64,000 nucleotides of DNA from Lama glama (GCA_028534125.1 CM052818.1:31000001-31064000); one strand, 5' to 3'; counted from the stretch's first letter, positions 12,428 through 26,419 are shown. A program made the numbers and translations. Notes: generated from the sequence alone by a model not told the origin.

Positions 12428-12738
12428 ACATCAATGTCCAATAGAAATAGACGTGAGCCACATATGTAATCTAAAATTTTCTGGTAGTTACATTTTAAAA
12501 AGTAAAATTTTTAAAGCGAAGTTAATTTTAATAGTATTTAACCCAGTATACCCAAATATTATCATTTTGACATATTGTCAATGTAAAAAAATTACTGATG
12601 AGATATCTTACGTTCTTTATCATATGAAGATTTTGAAATCCCATGTGTATTTTATACTTACAGCATCTCTCCATTCTGATGCATCTCAAATGTTTCAATA
12701 GCCACATGTGGTTGGTGGCTACCATATTAGGCAGGGCA
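12428..12738. mobile_element. MER33/MER3-like hAT-Charlie DNA transposon
   Basis: tgtccaatagaaat...gagccacatatgtaatctaaaattttctggtagttacatttt...aatagccacatgtggttggtggctaccatattag. Confidence 0.8.
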
Positions 12739-13149
12739 GGTCTCAGAGAAAAGTATGTCTGAGCCATAGTCTGGCAGTCCTATCAGGTAGGATTCAGTCC
12801 CTCCCATCTCGCATGAGGAAGCATTGTTCAACCCTGGGACTTTGGTAAACAGGGGGAACATCCCAGCCTTTTAAACACAACCGAGTCTTTTTAATGTGAC
12901 TGAGAATGCATCAGAGCTGTCCCTAGACACCAGGTAACTGTTCCAGATGTCTCCCAGGTCAGCCTTAGCCCAAGGCTCCCTGCCTTCCCCACATGGCACC
13001 ATATTTAGTTTTGGTGACTTGTTTGGTCTCCTCTGCATGACTGATCTTGGCACCTCACACAGCTTACCACTCTGCAGCCTCCTTGAGCTGGTGTCACCTG
13101 TAACTTGGCATTTTCTCCTCTGGCTTTATCCCCATGGACGCTTCATCTG

Positions 13150-14215
13150 CTTTCTCCCCAACTCATCCATCCACTTATTATTCCAACAATTATTGTTTGT
13201 CTCCTGTGTTGGGCCATCGTGCCAGGTACTGATGTTATAACTATGAATATCCTTGCCTTCATTGCAGCTCACAGTAGAAGAGACAGAAAAGTAGTTCACA
13301 ATGCTTGTAATAAACTGCAGTGATGGAGTGAATGCAGGGTCCTAGGGGGAGCAGATAAGAAATGCCTTGGGAGATCAAGAAATGCTTCCCAGGGGAAGTA
13401 CCTTCCAAGCCAGGATGAGAAGAGGAGAAAATAGTCAGGTCTTGGAAGAGAGGAGAGTGCACTTCAGATGCATGGGAGGGAGGCAGTGCCTGCAGAGGTC
13501 CAGAGGCAGAAAGCAGGTGAGACAGCATGTGGCCAGAACTTAGAGGATGTGAAGGGAGAAGTCAGAAATGGTGCCAGGTCACTAAGGATGGTAAGCTGTG
13601 ATTAGGAGTTTCAACTTTATTTTGTGAGCAACTGGGCAGTGTTGAAACATGTTAAAAGATTGGCAATTTGGAAAGATCATTCTAGCTGCGTGCAGAATAG
13701 ATTGGAAGGGATAAAGTTAGCTAGAAAGTTGCTGCAGTAATCCAGCAAAGACATGATGGGAATACAGAGAAACAGCCAGTTGGAGAGATAAGTAAGAAGG
13801 ATTGACAGGACTCAGTTTAGTGAGATTGTGTGTCAGGGAGGGAGAGGCAGGATTTGAGAATATCTCTTGGGTTTGGGCACCTGGTAGATGGTGAGCTGGG
13901 GAACACAGAAGGGTCAGCAGTCTTGGGTGAAGTGTGGGAGGCAGAGAGTGGATGAAGAGGTCATTCAAGAGAAGATGCTCATCAGATGAAGGTTAGGGGT
14001 TGGGTCATCAGCAAACAGATGGGAAATTGAAGGACTTCTAAACAAGTAAGATAATCTAAAGAGAAGGAAGACTGAGAAGAGGATGGCTTAGGAGAGAATC
14101 GAGGGAAACACCAAAGTTTCAGAGGAAAGAAGGAAAAGGAAAACCAAGAAGAAACAGCCTAAGAAGAGGGGAGCCATTCTAGGGTGATTTTACCAAAGCC
14201 AGGAGCAAAGAATCA
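13150..14215 (-). mobile_element. L2 LINE fragment (antisense, degraded)
   Basis: L2 3' tail (catccatccacttattattccaacaattatt...gtgccaggtactg) followed by the purine-rich L2 body (gaaagatcattctagctgc, gttgctgcagtaatccag). Confidence 0.7.
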
Positions 14216-15849
14216 AACATTTAATGAAATGTATGACCCTCAGCATTAGCTACTACAGAGATATCAAGCAAGATAAAGACTGATCTAGCATCATAGAGAA
14301 GTAATAGGGACCTTGGTGGTAGTATTTTGAGGGGGGAGGATGGCACAAGGGGACAGAAAAGCAGAGGTGGCTAGTAGCCCGATGTGGACTGGGGCCTAGG
14401 GCCTCTCTAAACCATTTGACATGACTCCTCCCCACCCCGCAAGCCTGATTGTTTTAAGAAAACAGCAAGTTCAGTAGCCAAGAGCTAGGAGATCTTAGCT
14501 TGACCACCATAATTAGCAGGGTGACCTTGGCAGGTCAGTTCACTCACTCTTCTGGGATTTAGTTTGCACATCTTTAAAAAAGGAAGCAGCTGGCATCAAT
14601 GTTTTTTAAACCTGTGTCCTACAAAATTCTGTTTGGTAGGATGTTAAGTGGTAGGCTTGAGTCAATGTATATCCTGTAAATATTTGAATGTCCATCGTAT
14701 GCAAGGGATTGTCGGGCAGGGTTTGCAGTCAGAGCTTAGTAAGCAAGGGGCTAGTGGGAGTCTCAGAAGTGGAAGAGACTCATTAACGTGTCAGTGCGTA
14801 TTGGTGGATCACCAAGATGGTAATCTGGTATTTTTCCAGTATTTCTCATGTGCCAAACCTGTTTGACTCTTGTAGACTTTATTCACAAAGCATGCACAGA
14901 TTTCTGGAGATACTTCCAGCAGCTCACAATATAGGGACAGGCTAACCAGATGATCTCTGTGGTCCCTTTCAGTCTAGTATTGCAGCAACCCAGGAGTTTG
15001 TATGGAGCCAAAATAGAGGCAAAGCCTGAGGCTTTAGGGGACTCCAGACAACATGGCACCTTACATCATAGTATCTGCCTTCCCCAGTTAGCGTCCCAGT
15101 TTATCAGCAAAGACTTGTTGGGGCATCCTTAAATTGCCAGTAAAATGAGCTTGCAGAGCTGAGTTCTGGGGTCATTATTTTAATATACAGCCTGCAATGA
15201 ATAATCATAGTGGAAGTACTCTAAAATTATCAAGATGGAGATTTTCTTAGAAATCTGATGCTACTGGAAGTAGGTGGCTAAGAAGTCCAAAAGGTCCTCT
15301 GAGGAGCAGGAAGTGAATTGCAGATAGATTGAACCAAGAACATGGTGATGGTACAAGTGAATGTATCTTTGGCCTAAACAGACCCACTCTGAGACCAGGT
15401 CCTTTGCCAAATGGCCTTGTGTTCATGGAATGGAGGAACGTCTGTGATGCTATCTAGGTCAACCTTTCTTAACTGCACTTGTGCAAGAGAATCAAGCCTT
15501 AAAGCCCTGCGACATGCATTGCATGAAATGAATGAACTTCTCTTGTATGCATGTGGAAGGTCCTAGGTATGCACCACCCATGGGAGAAATAAGAACAACC
15601 CCTAAAGGTACTTCTAAAGAACTTTCATCTGTATGTAGGGACCAAAGGCTTCCCATACCCAGCAACATCTTGAGGGATGGAGACCACTAGAGCAGGAATG
15701 AAGGGTCCAGTGGGAGCTCTGGAGCTCCATGTGGGGGAGTCGTGATGCCTCTGCATAGCTCTTCCATAAAGGACCCGAGAGAATTTACCTGGGACCCTAG
15801 GGGAGTGAGAAACCCTGGGGGACTTGTTTTTTCAGGAGCTAAGCGTTCC

Positions 15850-16330
15850 TGTATTCATTGTCTGTGCTGCTTAACAAATTACCATAAAACTTAGTGGCTT
15901 AAAATAATGTTTATCATCTCACAGTTTCTGTGGGTCGGGAATTCAATGGTCCTTTCCTTCAGGGTTCCTCACAGGCAGCGTTCAAGGTGTCCGCTGGGGC
16001 TGCAGGCATCTCGGGGTAAGTGTCAGGGAGAAGGCTCTTCCAAGCTCACGGACATGGTTGTTGGCAGGATTCAGTCCCTCCGGGGCTGTTGACCAGAGGC
16101 CACTCCTAGTTCCTTGCCATGTGGGACTCCCCGTTGTGGCAGCTTGCTTCTGCAGAGCGTACAAACCAAAAAGATAGAAGTCGCTATCTTTTGTGACCTG
16201 ATCACAAGAGTGACATCTCCTCTCTCTAGCTGCAGTCTGTTCCTTAGAAGCAAGTCACCAGATTCATTCCACACTCAAAGGGACGCGATTCCACAAGGAG
16301 GTGGGGACTGGGGGCCATCAGCTACCCACC
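15850..16330. mobile_element. MLT1-family (MaLR) solo LTR
   Basis: tgtattcattgtctgtgctgcttaacaaattaccataaaacttagtggcttaaaataatgtttatcatctcacagtttctgtgggtc...ttccaagctcac...ttgttggcaggattcagtccctc. Confidence 0.8.
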
Positions 16331-19300
16331 ACCGAGCCCAGCCAAGCTCCTAAGCAGTTCACTTCCCTGCCCTGGCCCACTTATCCCCTTCCCAGGATAC
16401 TAGAATTTAATAACATGCTCAGCAATGCAAAATGTGGCAGTGTAATGAAATAGCAGGTCTCATCGTTAATTTAAGTGTCTTTATAAGATGCAGGATTTCT
16501 ATAATATTAAGTGAGAGTGGCTGTTGAGGCAAAAAACAGGAGCCGTATATGTTTATGTGGATGAACAAATTAATCTGCATGTGAAATCCCAGTGAAATTG
16601 ACATGAAATAAAAATTTCATGCCTTACAGTGTATCAGTGTTGCCCATGAAATGAGATTAAAAGGAATTTCTGGTTTTACAGCTGTCATACTTTTTCTATT
16701 GCTTGTGTTTTTCTCTTCTGAAGAGTCGAGTTTGAATGGAAAGGCCAGTCACAGATTTGGCATTTTGTAGTTTTCAGTCATCTTCCTTTTCTCCTAAGCT
16801 GAGAGCAGGCTTCCTTATGTAGAACTAAACTGGGAATGTATTAGGTGTTCTCAGCTCCAAAAAACGAAATCTGGGCTTCTAAAAACTGACAGCAAGTTCA
16901 CGGTCCCTGTCCTGAGGGAACTGACATTCTGGAAAGATCACTGGTCCAAGAGATTTTCCCCTCACACCTTTCTTCCTCACACACGTTGGCTTTGGGGTGG
17001 GTGTTGGTGGCAGTGTAGTCTCAGTGGGACCTCTTCTGTGCTAGCACGAGGGCACAGTGAGACAGAGATGATGGGAGTAGGGAGGGAGAGAAGCCTGTGC
17101 CTCACCCACCTGCACAGAAATCCAGATTGTCACTCCCTTGGGGAAAGTGTTCTCCCAGGAAACCAGCCCCATCCCCCCACCCCCCCTTACATCTTATACC
17201 TGTTTCCCTTGGCCTTTGTGATTTTAGAGCTCAGGCAGATGGTATATGCAGAGAAGATAACCCATGTGTTTTCTCTGCCTGGGTCTGGCCTCTGGAGTGG
17301 GTGCTGGACCTGCAGGAATAGGAAGAATGATCTGCAGCTTGCCATTTAGAAACAGAGGTTCACAAACCATGCTTCCCAGCACCTTGTTGAAATCACCCCT
17401 GCACCCACCCTTGCAGGCTCCATCTGGGCAGTAAGTGGGAGCCCCTCATAGGAAGTTCCCTTGGCAGCTCAGCCAGCGGTTTCCCTGTCTTCCTGTCACT
17501 ACCCAGGAACCACAGGCAGCCTGTCCCTCCCTTCTGGGCTGGTCGCTGCAACTGCTGGGTTCTAGAGCTCGGTGGAGGCTGCTTCTTGGGGTGGTGTGAG
17601 TCACATAGGGGTCTACACAGTGTGCAGGGCACAGAGTAGACCTGGGGACAGCTGGCAGCTTACGGATACACTGGTGCTTGGAAAAGTGCTGGCATGGAGA
17701 GGTGGTGGCTTGGTGACAAGGATGTGCAGCAGGCCTGGGCTCACTAGCTGCAGTGAGTTACTTATCTCCCTGCACCTTAGTCTCCTCTTGAGTGAATCCA
17801 TTAAACAGTGCCCTACCCCCCACAGGGTTACTGTGAGTATTAAATATGCGACATGCTCAGTACAGCACCTGGCAGCAGGGATCACTAAGTAGTCATTTAA
17901 AAACCTTCCCTGAAGTGGATAGTTTCATCACTGAAGTCACTGCCCAGCTCTTGAGTGAGAAAGGGCCTGCCCAGGGTACCACCCCAGGCCTGTTTGATTT
18001 CCACTATGTCCTGCTGTGTATTAGCCTGACTTCTCCTTTTACTCTGATTGCCCTCAGTCTGTGCTCGAAGGACACCAGAGCCCCCCCTTCAGGAGTTTGC
18101 TTTCCAGATACAGAGCCATTATCATTTCTGGACATACTAGTAATAATAATGACGCTCTCCTCTCTGCTTCCAAGTTATCGAGTGTGCCTCTCCATTGCTC
18201 CCACCAATGTTTATACTCCAGAATGAAATCCTGAATGTTTATCATTTAGGACCACGTCTTTTCTTCTGTAAGGGTGACATGCTGTAGGAGGAGGACCGGT
18301 GGTATAGGACGTAGAGGACCTGGGTCACAGCCCCAGCAGGCACGCCACTGGCCTAGCGGGAGCCCTGTTGCCCAATGATAAAATGGGGATGATGGCGGTC
18401 ATCATAACGCTCTGTTTACGGGCCACTGCCAGTTTAATGAACTTGTGCAATAAAATAAAAGGCATGTGCACAGCATTACATTTCTCTGATAACTAACAGC
18501 CATCTTCGCTTGGTATGTTTCCAATATGCCCGCGTTGGCACCTGTTCAGGTACAGGGACAGTGCTGAGCGGCAGAGCAGTGATTGGCTGGTGGAGAGACA
18601 GAAATAGATGGAAGCGGAAGCTTCCACCCTGTGCCAGGGGTTAGCATCTAAGAACACCTCTCTGGAAGCATCCTCGGCCAATAAATGACACTGAACACTT
18701 GAAAAATTGATGGTTAGGAGGCACTGTGGGACCCACCTGAACTTGGGGGCATTAAACCTTAGTTGAAACTTTCTTTTAAAAAAATATGAAACTACATGTG
18801 GAAAATCAACTCAGAGGAGCGTGCATTATTCAGGAGCTGCTGTGGCAGTCAGGACAGCAGCCTGGGGCTGGCATCTGTCTCTGCACACAGCGGTGGTCCC
18901 CCGCTTCCTCCTGGCTCCGCCCCCACCCCCATCTTTCCTGCTTACCAGCTCTTCTTTCCAGTAAAACCCCTGAATCTTTAATAAATTATCAACCTGCTTG
19001 CTCGACTGTCTGCCGGCGCCAGATCTCAGTGTTGGCAGCCTTTTTCATTCCCCGGGTGCCCCTAATAGATCCTACTGTTTGATGAATCTTTTAGATCCTC
19101 TCACGGAAAGCCCATAAACAGGCCAAGCCAACTCTCCTCACTGCAGCCAGTGTTAAGATTTTTTCCTGGCCCTATGGCCTTGTTACTGTCAGTGAGCAGG
19201 GCTCATCCCTAAGCAGGGCTGTGGTCCCCCTGGGCCTTGAAGGGCAGATCTGCCCAGTATCAACCCCTCGGACTCCTGTGCCGTAACCAGGGTGAGTTCA

Positions 19301-21469
19301 CAGCCTGACAGTAGAGGCCAACCCCATGTTAGAAGTCGTGGAAACAACTCCACTCATCTCAGCCACTCACCAGGTTTGTGACCTTGAGTGAGATTCTGAG
19401 CCTCAGTTGTTCTTATCTGTGGAGTACAGGTTCTCAGAGGCTGTTGTGAGGGTCAGAGGAGACAAGGATGTGTCCAGGCACCGTGAACTGTGAGTCGGAG
19501 GAGATACTGCCAAATGCCAGGAGTGGGGATGCCCATGCCTTGGAGCTATGAGGCACTTTCCTGCTGCCGGCCTGCCCTCCCTGGGCCTCTGCACATGGGA
19601 GGTGCTTATGGGACTCTGCTCAGCCTCGAGGAAGAGCCCCCTGTCCTTTATCCCCCAGGAGCATGAGGCTGGAGAGGGCCATGCCCAGGAGCATAGCAAC
19701 CCAGGCTCTAGCTCATGCCTGTTATGCCACCAAGTTCTGCCCAGTTTAGGACATTGGACTGGGTCATCTCCAAGCCCCTTCCCTTTCTGAACTCTGACTT
19801 TGTAGTTCTAGTCCAGAAGCACTGAACATTGCCTGGAGGCTGGTCCAGCCACTATATGGTTGTGATAATAATCATTCTCACCATCATTTACTCATCAGCT
19901 ATGAAACTCCAGGAGTTTTGCCAGCATTCTCTGCAGTCTTCACAAACAAGCCTGAAAAGGAGGTATTTGTGCTCATTTTACAGGTGACAGTATTGAAGCT
20001 CAGAAAATGTAAAGGACGTGCCCAAGGGCCCACAGCCAGTTTTCAGCAGATTTGACATCACAGCCCTACTGCCTTTAAAACACTGGTGCTTCACTCTTTG
20101 CTCCATTCTCCTCTTGCCTCTCTGGGCCCCTCACCCACCATTGGACAGGGCAGAACCACTCACCAAAGATGCCTTTCCAGCCCATGCAAGATATGGCTCC
20201 ACCCACTGGGAGGAGGAGTCTTCGGATTTGAACTTGATGTTAAAAACATTGGTAGTTACTATTTGTCAAGCATCAATTATTACCTAGCATGGTAATAATC
20301 TAGGGGAGGAATCGACAAGTTCAAAATTGTTGTTTCCACTTCCCAGATGAAAAAACTAACTGAGGCTTAGAAAAGTAAATCTGGTGTCCAGCCACACAGT
20401 GGAGCCTCAGCTGTAGAATGCGCTTTGCGATATTTCGTTCAAATCAACCACGCTTATTGGATGTCAGCTACAATCAAGGCTTCTGATAACTGATGCTCTG
20501 AGAACTTTAGCAGGAGAGCCTTGGGCCCAGCCGCTGTTTTACAGATGAGCAGACAGCAGCCTGGAGAGATGGATGGTTTGCCCACTGTCTCTAGATGGTC
20601 AGTGGTATTTAGACACCCAGGCCAGTATTCTGTGAACAGAATATTCACTCGGCACCCAGCCTGAGGGCCCAGAACTGTGCCGTGATGGGGATGCCGTACC
20701 CCATTTCCATCCATCCGTTCCTACCTCACCCTGTGAGATTCAGCACCTCCTTCTCCATAAAGCCTTCTTCATCAGCACCCCAGGTGTAGACCCCCCTCCC
20801 TCTGCTCTCCCAGCACCACGTGTGCGCACACTGCCGGTCCCTGTGCGGCCATACACCTGCCTCCCAGCTGGACGCTTCTAAGGCAGGAAGAGTGTCCCTG
20901 TCCCCAAAAGCTCTCTAAGCAGATAACTCCCAGTACCTCCTGCACCAGCTTGCCCCCGAATAACTTACCTCACAAAAGCTGGGACTTGGGATGTCGTTCC
21001 TTCCCAGGGTGTGAAACAGAAAGCCGTCTCCAGCACGGGGTCCTGCCTGACCCTTGGCACAACCCGGGCAGTGCGACCTTCTCGGTCATTCTGCTCATCC
21101 ATCTTTTCGCCCCTTCTCTGGTGGAGACAAGGAGGTTCTGCTAAGCTCTCTGCTTTCTCACCTTCCTGTGAAGAGACACATGATTGTCCTTTTGCTCCCT
21201 GACATCCACCGCATTCCTTCTGGCGGTGACCGTGCTCGCTACTGCCTGCCTCTCTGCCTGGGTCCCTCCAAGCCCCTCCTGCCCCCACGGACCCTGCAGC
21301 ACACCAATCGATGGATCCCCCCGGCCCCGAGTCCACCTTCCCCAGCCACCTGCCTTCCTCCCTCCCCACTGTTCCCAACTTAGACTCAGGTCTGTGTCTG
21401 AAGATAGGCAAGTCCAAGGCCTCTTCTCACTGGGAGGCCATTACAAGACATTTTCTTTACTCTTTTATA

Positions 21470-21932
21470 ATGCTTATTTAATGCACAACAAATCACCCCC
21501 AAACCTTAGTGGCTTAAAACAGCAGGAACCATGATCATCTTTGTAGTCTGTGTGGGTCAGAATTCGGAGCATCTTGGCTGGGCGGTTTTGTCTTGGAGCC
21601 GCTGGAGCTGCTGTCATCTGATGGCTTGACAGGAATTGGTGGACTGCCAAAGTGGCTCATTCAGACTAGCTGTGGGCAGGAGGCCACAGTTCCTCCACAC
21701 GCCAGAGTCTCCCCACAGGGCTGCTTGAGTGTCATCAAGGCACGGCAGCTGGCTCTCCCCAAGGGGCCGAGGCAGGGCCTACAGTGCTTTTGTGACTTAG
21801 CCTTGGAAGTCCCACAGCCATTTCCATTGTATTCTATTACTCATACAAGTTTGCCCTGATCCCATGAGGGACAGAAGAATACAAAGCATGAGGACCAGTA
21901 GGTGAGAATCTTTGGAAGCCATCTGGTTACCG
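21470..21932. mobile_element. MLT1-family (MaLR) solo LTR
   Basis: acaaatcacccccaaaccttagtggcttaaaac...tgtgacttagccttggaagtc...catgaggaccagtaggtgagaatctttggaagccatc. Confidence 0.75.
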
Positions 21933-22729
21933 CACTTTTAAAACCATAAACGGCTAAGTCGTCAGCTAACCTAGGAATACATTTCCTGAATTTCTTTCTC
22001 TCTTTCTCCATGAATGGGGATCTGGTATACTTAATTCTTATTCTAGGGACATGGAGCTAGACAAAGGTCTTTTCCTCAAGGAACTCATAGTCAACCGGGG
22101 GAGACAGAGCATCTTGAGAAGTGCCAGAACAGAGATATGTACAGAATTATGGGAGCACAAAGGACAGGTCATTACTTACCTGGGGGAGTATGGAACATGT
22201 TCCCAGAAGATGGGATAGTTGCTCTAGGTCTTGAAGGATGAGTAGGAGTTCAAGTAGAGAAAAGAGAGAGGACACTGCTCCATGCAGAAGTAATAGAGCA
22301 GTGGCAGAGAGTTATGGCAGCAAATGAAGCTGCCATTGTGATAGGGAGTTTGGACTTTCTACCTGAGGGGCCACCAAAGGCTTCTGGCCAGGGGAAGGCC
22401 CTGGCAGAGCTGTGTGGTGGACTGGACATGACTGGCGGGGGCAGAGAGCAGAGGGCAGAGGCAGGAAGGCTGGTGAGGAGGCTGCTTCAGGGATCCCCCA
22501 GAGGAGTAAAGACTCTCTGAGCCGGGCCCCCTGGGAGGGTTTATTAGTAGGTGGAGCTGATGTAATGGGGTGAGAAATTATCTGTGTGGGGGCTACGCAG
22601 GAAGGCCTGAAGGTCATGATGTACCTTCCACTGTCTCTTCCCCTGGGGCCTTTATTCAGTGTTGCTCTTGTAGGAAAGAGTGTTCAGAATTATCAGGGAG
22701 GCCAAAGGGACGCCAGGCTCGTTGGCCTA

Positions 22730-22895
22730 GGACTGAGGTTCTTAAGTGTTTTAGGCCACAGACTTCTTTGAGAATCTACTGAAACTATGAACCATCTTCC
22801 CAGAAAAAAAAAACAAAACATTTGCATATACAACTTTGCAAATGATTTCAGAGAGCTCACATACCCCTTGTAGTCCATCCTTGGGTGTCCGGGCC
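22730..22895. mobile_element. hAT-Charlie MITE (Charlie4z/MER117-like)
   Basis: ggttcttaa...tttgagaatctactgaaactatgaaccatcttcccagaaaa...actttgcaaatgatttcagagagctcacataccccttg. Confidence 0.6.
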
Positions 22896-23689
22896 CTAGA
22901 TAAAAAGCCCCAAGCCTGGGAAGAAATTAGAAAATGGAGAGAGGAAATGTCTGACTCTCCAAACATCTGTTATTTACTTCCTCGTTTAATATCCCTGAAA
23001 AAGCGAGAAACAGGAGGAAACATTTACCCGGCGATCGCCCCTGGTGCCACCAGCCTCACTTGGTGGGTTTATTTCCATTATTATCGTAATTTCTGAGCTG
23101 CAGGCTACAATTTTCACTTGCAGTGAGGTATTAAATTGAAATTACCCCAGATGTAATTGTCATACAAATGATCCTGGACACAGGGAAATGAATGCTTTTT
23201 CAAGATGGGGTGTTATTGCGTATGTTGGTTTTAGGGCTCTGCCTCTTTAAACAGGCTGGATTTCGGTGTGTGTGGCAGGAGGTCAGGGGTCAGCGTGGCA
23301 TGCGGGGTGGGAGCTGCTGGCCCGGAACAGGAACACGGTGAGACTGGGCAGCAGAGCCCAAGACTTGGAGGTGGGCTTGTGTGGCTACTAGGAAGCACTG
23401 TGCAGTAACTCAGGTGGGTGGAAAGTCCCACATTTATGTTCCATACATCAGCTTAATTTGGCTCCATGCCCAGGTTCCCTCGAGGTGAGGGAAGATTCAG
23501 CTCTAATCATTCTCAGAGCATCCTCACCCCCCTTAGGGCCAGGTGAAGCCCTGGGGTCTCACCCAGTGCTGGGCTCCCCATCACCTGGACACCAGGCATC
23601 TGTCCACACAGGGGGTGCTCTTGGTTCCAGCCCTTTAGATCTGCTTTGCCTCTAAAGGCCTTCTTGTTCCATTGCCTTTCCTCCCCAAG

Positions 23690-23788
23690 ATGCACGCTGC
23701 TTGTGTACTGCAAGGACCTCCCCCCGACCAGCATCATCATCACCTTCCACAATGAGGCCCGCTCCACCCTGCTCAGAACCATCCGCAG
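23690..23788 (+). CDS. GALNT14: GALNT14 exon 3: (R)[32 protein letters not shown](S)
   Basis: Pyrimidine tract plus ccccaag| acceptor, CAG|gtaaga donor; 99 nt; contains the LPxTSIIIxFHNEA GT-A motif. Confidence 0.97.
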
Positions 23789-26419
23789 GTAAGAGCCTTC
23801 CCGTCTGTCAGCCCTCGGCACTTAGCCAGGGTGTGCCTGCTCACCCGGGGACCAGTTCAGGCATCTTAAGTATCTGCTAGGCCCCGTTTGGCACACTCCA
23901 CATACATCCACTGGTAGTCACTCCTCACACTCCTATGAGGGTGGCTATTATCCCATTTCTTAGGAGGAAAGACAGAGGTCTGGAGCATTAGATGACTTGT
24001 AGAAGGTCACTGAGAGTCACAGAATGCTTGGTCCCAGAGTGCTTGCCCTTAACCACTGCTCTAGGACATTACTTCTCATTTTCACAGCTGACAAGGAAGC
24101 TGGGTTCCCTTGAGGCTGAGTACATACTCCGCCCCAGCATCAGGCTGGGAGTAGTACTGGGGTCTGCCTCTCCACCGCCTCCCACACACCCAGGGGCCAT
24201 GGTGCAAGTCAGGGCAGCCTAAAGGTGATGGCTAACGTTTGCTTTTTCTGCCATCACCTTGTGTTCCAGCCCTGTGCCCCCTCAGGCCTCTCTGCCCACA
24301 CTCTGCTCCTAGTCTGGGCCATGCCCTTGCTCTGACAGACATATCCTTGCTGTGTGTGGCCTTGGACCTGCAGGGAGTTTTCCATATGCCGAAGTCCCAG
24401 TCCAGCCCTCAGCAGACCTCCCTTACAACACAGATGGGGCTCTGGAGACTTGGCCCGGAAAGCCTCACCCTCATTCTCAGAAGACCCTGGTTGTTTCAGC
24501 TCCCCGTCCCCATGCTGTGCCCCTTCCTCTCCTCTGGAGCCCTCTCCCCACAACATCACCTGGCCTGCCCCTCCTCACTCAGTCCCCAGGAGCACTGGCG
24601 TCTTAGGTGGTGGTCACAGCAGCCTCTGGTCACTAAGTCCCCTGGTGTGCAGACGCGCCTTGGCTCATGCTCTCAGCTGGGGAGGTGAGTGGCCACCTTC
24701 ACAGCTGAGGAAACTGAGACCTGAAGATGCAAAATTAAGGCCCCGAGTCACTCAGCTAACACTGATGAAGCGGGGTTCTGACCCTTGCTCTTTGATCTGA
24801 GTTCTTCTCAGCAACCTGAATAGGCAAGGCCAGTCCAGTGGTGGCCTTCAGCACCCCTGGGGAAGGTGTTGGAACCAGGATGCACCCAGCCACGCCTCCA
24901 GCAGAGCGAGGGGCTGGCCCTGGGGTAAAGTGCCCGAGGTACCTCCACCCACCTGGGACACATAGCCCATTGGAGACCATCTGGATCTGCTAGCACATCC
25001 TGATCAGATGGTCCCCTGATCCCACAGAGAAGGAGGTAAGATTAAACATGGACCAAAGAGAGTACAACCAAGCATAGCAAAATCTCTTGTCGTTTCCATC
25101 AATAAGCCGCACCTTCCCCTCTCCTTCCCACACGGGCATGGCTGTGGGCAGATGGGACTGTCCAGGGATGGGAGGGCATCAGCAATAGGCCCGTCCTGAC
25201 AGTGGGCACCACGTCTTCGGTGCCACCTGTCACTCATGAAGAATGTCCACTGTGAAGGTACCCTTCACAGTGTCTCTTAGAAATGCAGAGAAGGCCCAGC
25301 CAAGACACATGATCTTCAGCCTGGCGTTTCCCATGTCCATGGGGGCAAATGGTGAATGGAGGCCAAAGCCACGGAGCTGGGAAGGGCAGGAGCCAGGATT
25401 CGGGTCTCTGACTTTCTCAGTGGGAATGGGAGACAGCTTAGGGTGCAGCCTCAGCCTCTGTCCACTGAGGCCCTGGTGCTCTGCCCTCTGGAAGGGGCCT
25501 GGGGACCCATCAACACCACCCTTTTCAGAAGGCCCCACGAAGTACCAGACTATACTCCAGACTCTGCTGGGCCCTTTGCTGAGAGAGCCCTGATCTCTTT
25601 CCTGCCTCTCTGAACCACACCCCGCTGCCCAGACCCGAGTGTGACACACAAAAACAACAGAATGGGGGCCCAGGAGCCAGGTGTGACCAGACCAGCGTTA
25701 GCATCATTAGCAGGTAGGATGGAAGTGAATTTCAAGGGGGAGGCAAGGAAGCTTACTTCCAGGAACTTCCATGGCCAGGTGTCACTTGCCTTGGGAATTC
25801 GTACCTCCCGTCCACTCCCTATCCTGTCACACAAATAAACCGCTAGCCACCGAGAAAGAATTGAATGAGAGCACTTCCTGTCTGCCTTTTGTCATTGATG
25901 AAAGACTCTTCCTAAGGTGTCTTTCAGCTTTAACTTTCTAGAAATCTGATGGCTTTGCTTCCAGGCTCTGGCAGAGGAAAGATGCCCTAGGAACTGGGGA
26001 AGACAGTTGCCCTCTCCTCCCTCCCACCTAGCGCCCGGCCAGGCCTTTGTCCCTCTGCCTGTCCCTGCCCAAGCCCTCTGCCCCCTGAGCTCCTATGTTA
26101 GCTGGGAGGCTGGGGGCTGGGAAGATACACATGGGGGCACTCAGAACCAGACAGAGGCACAGTGGGTGGGTGTTGGGGAAAGGGAGAGAGAGTCACAACC
26201 TTGATGAATTAGGGGACTTTCCTCACTTAGGGACGGAGCAGAGCCCTGAAGAATGGTTTGTGTGCATATGTGAGACCCAGGGCCGTCCCCTTCCTTCTGG
26301 GGCATCCTCCAGCCCCATGCTTCCCTCAGGGCTCGAGTGTGCACAACTGACTGGTTGCCACCCCAAGTCTCCATGCTGTTGCTTTTTGTAACAACTGAGA
26401 TTGAGAGAAGCAGTCTCCC

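Noticed and set aside
23030-23050. CTCF-like CGCCCCTGGTGCC
   Set aside because: One G short in the core, so the spacing does not fit the CTCF consensus.
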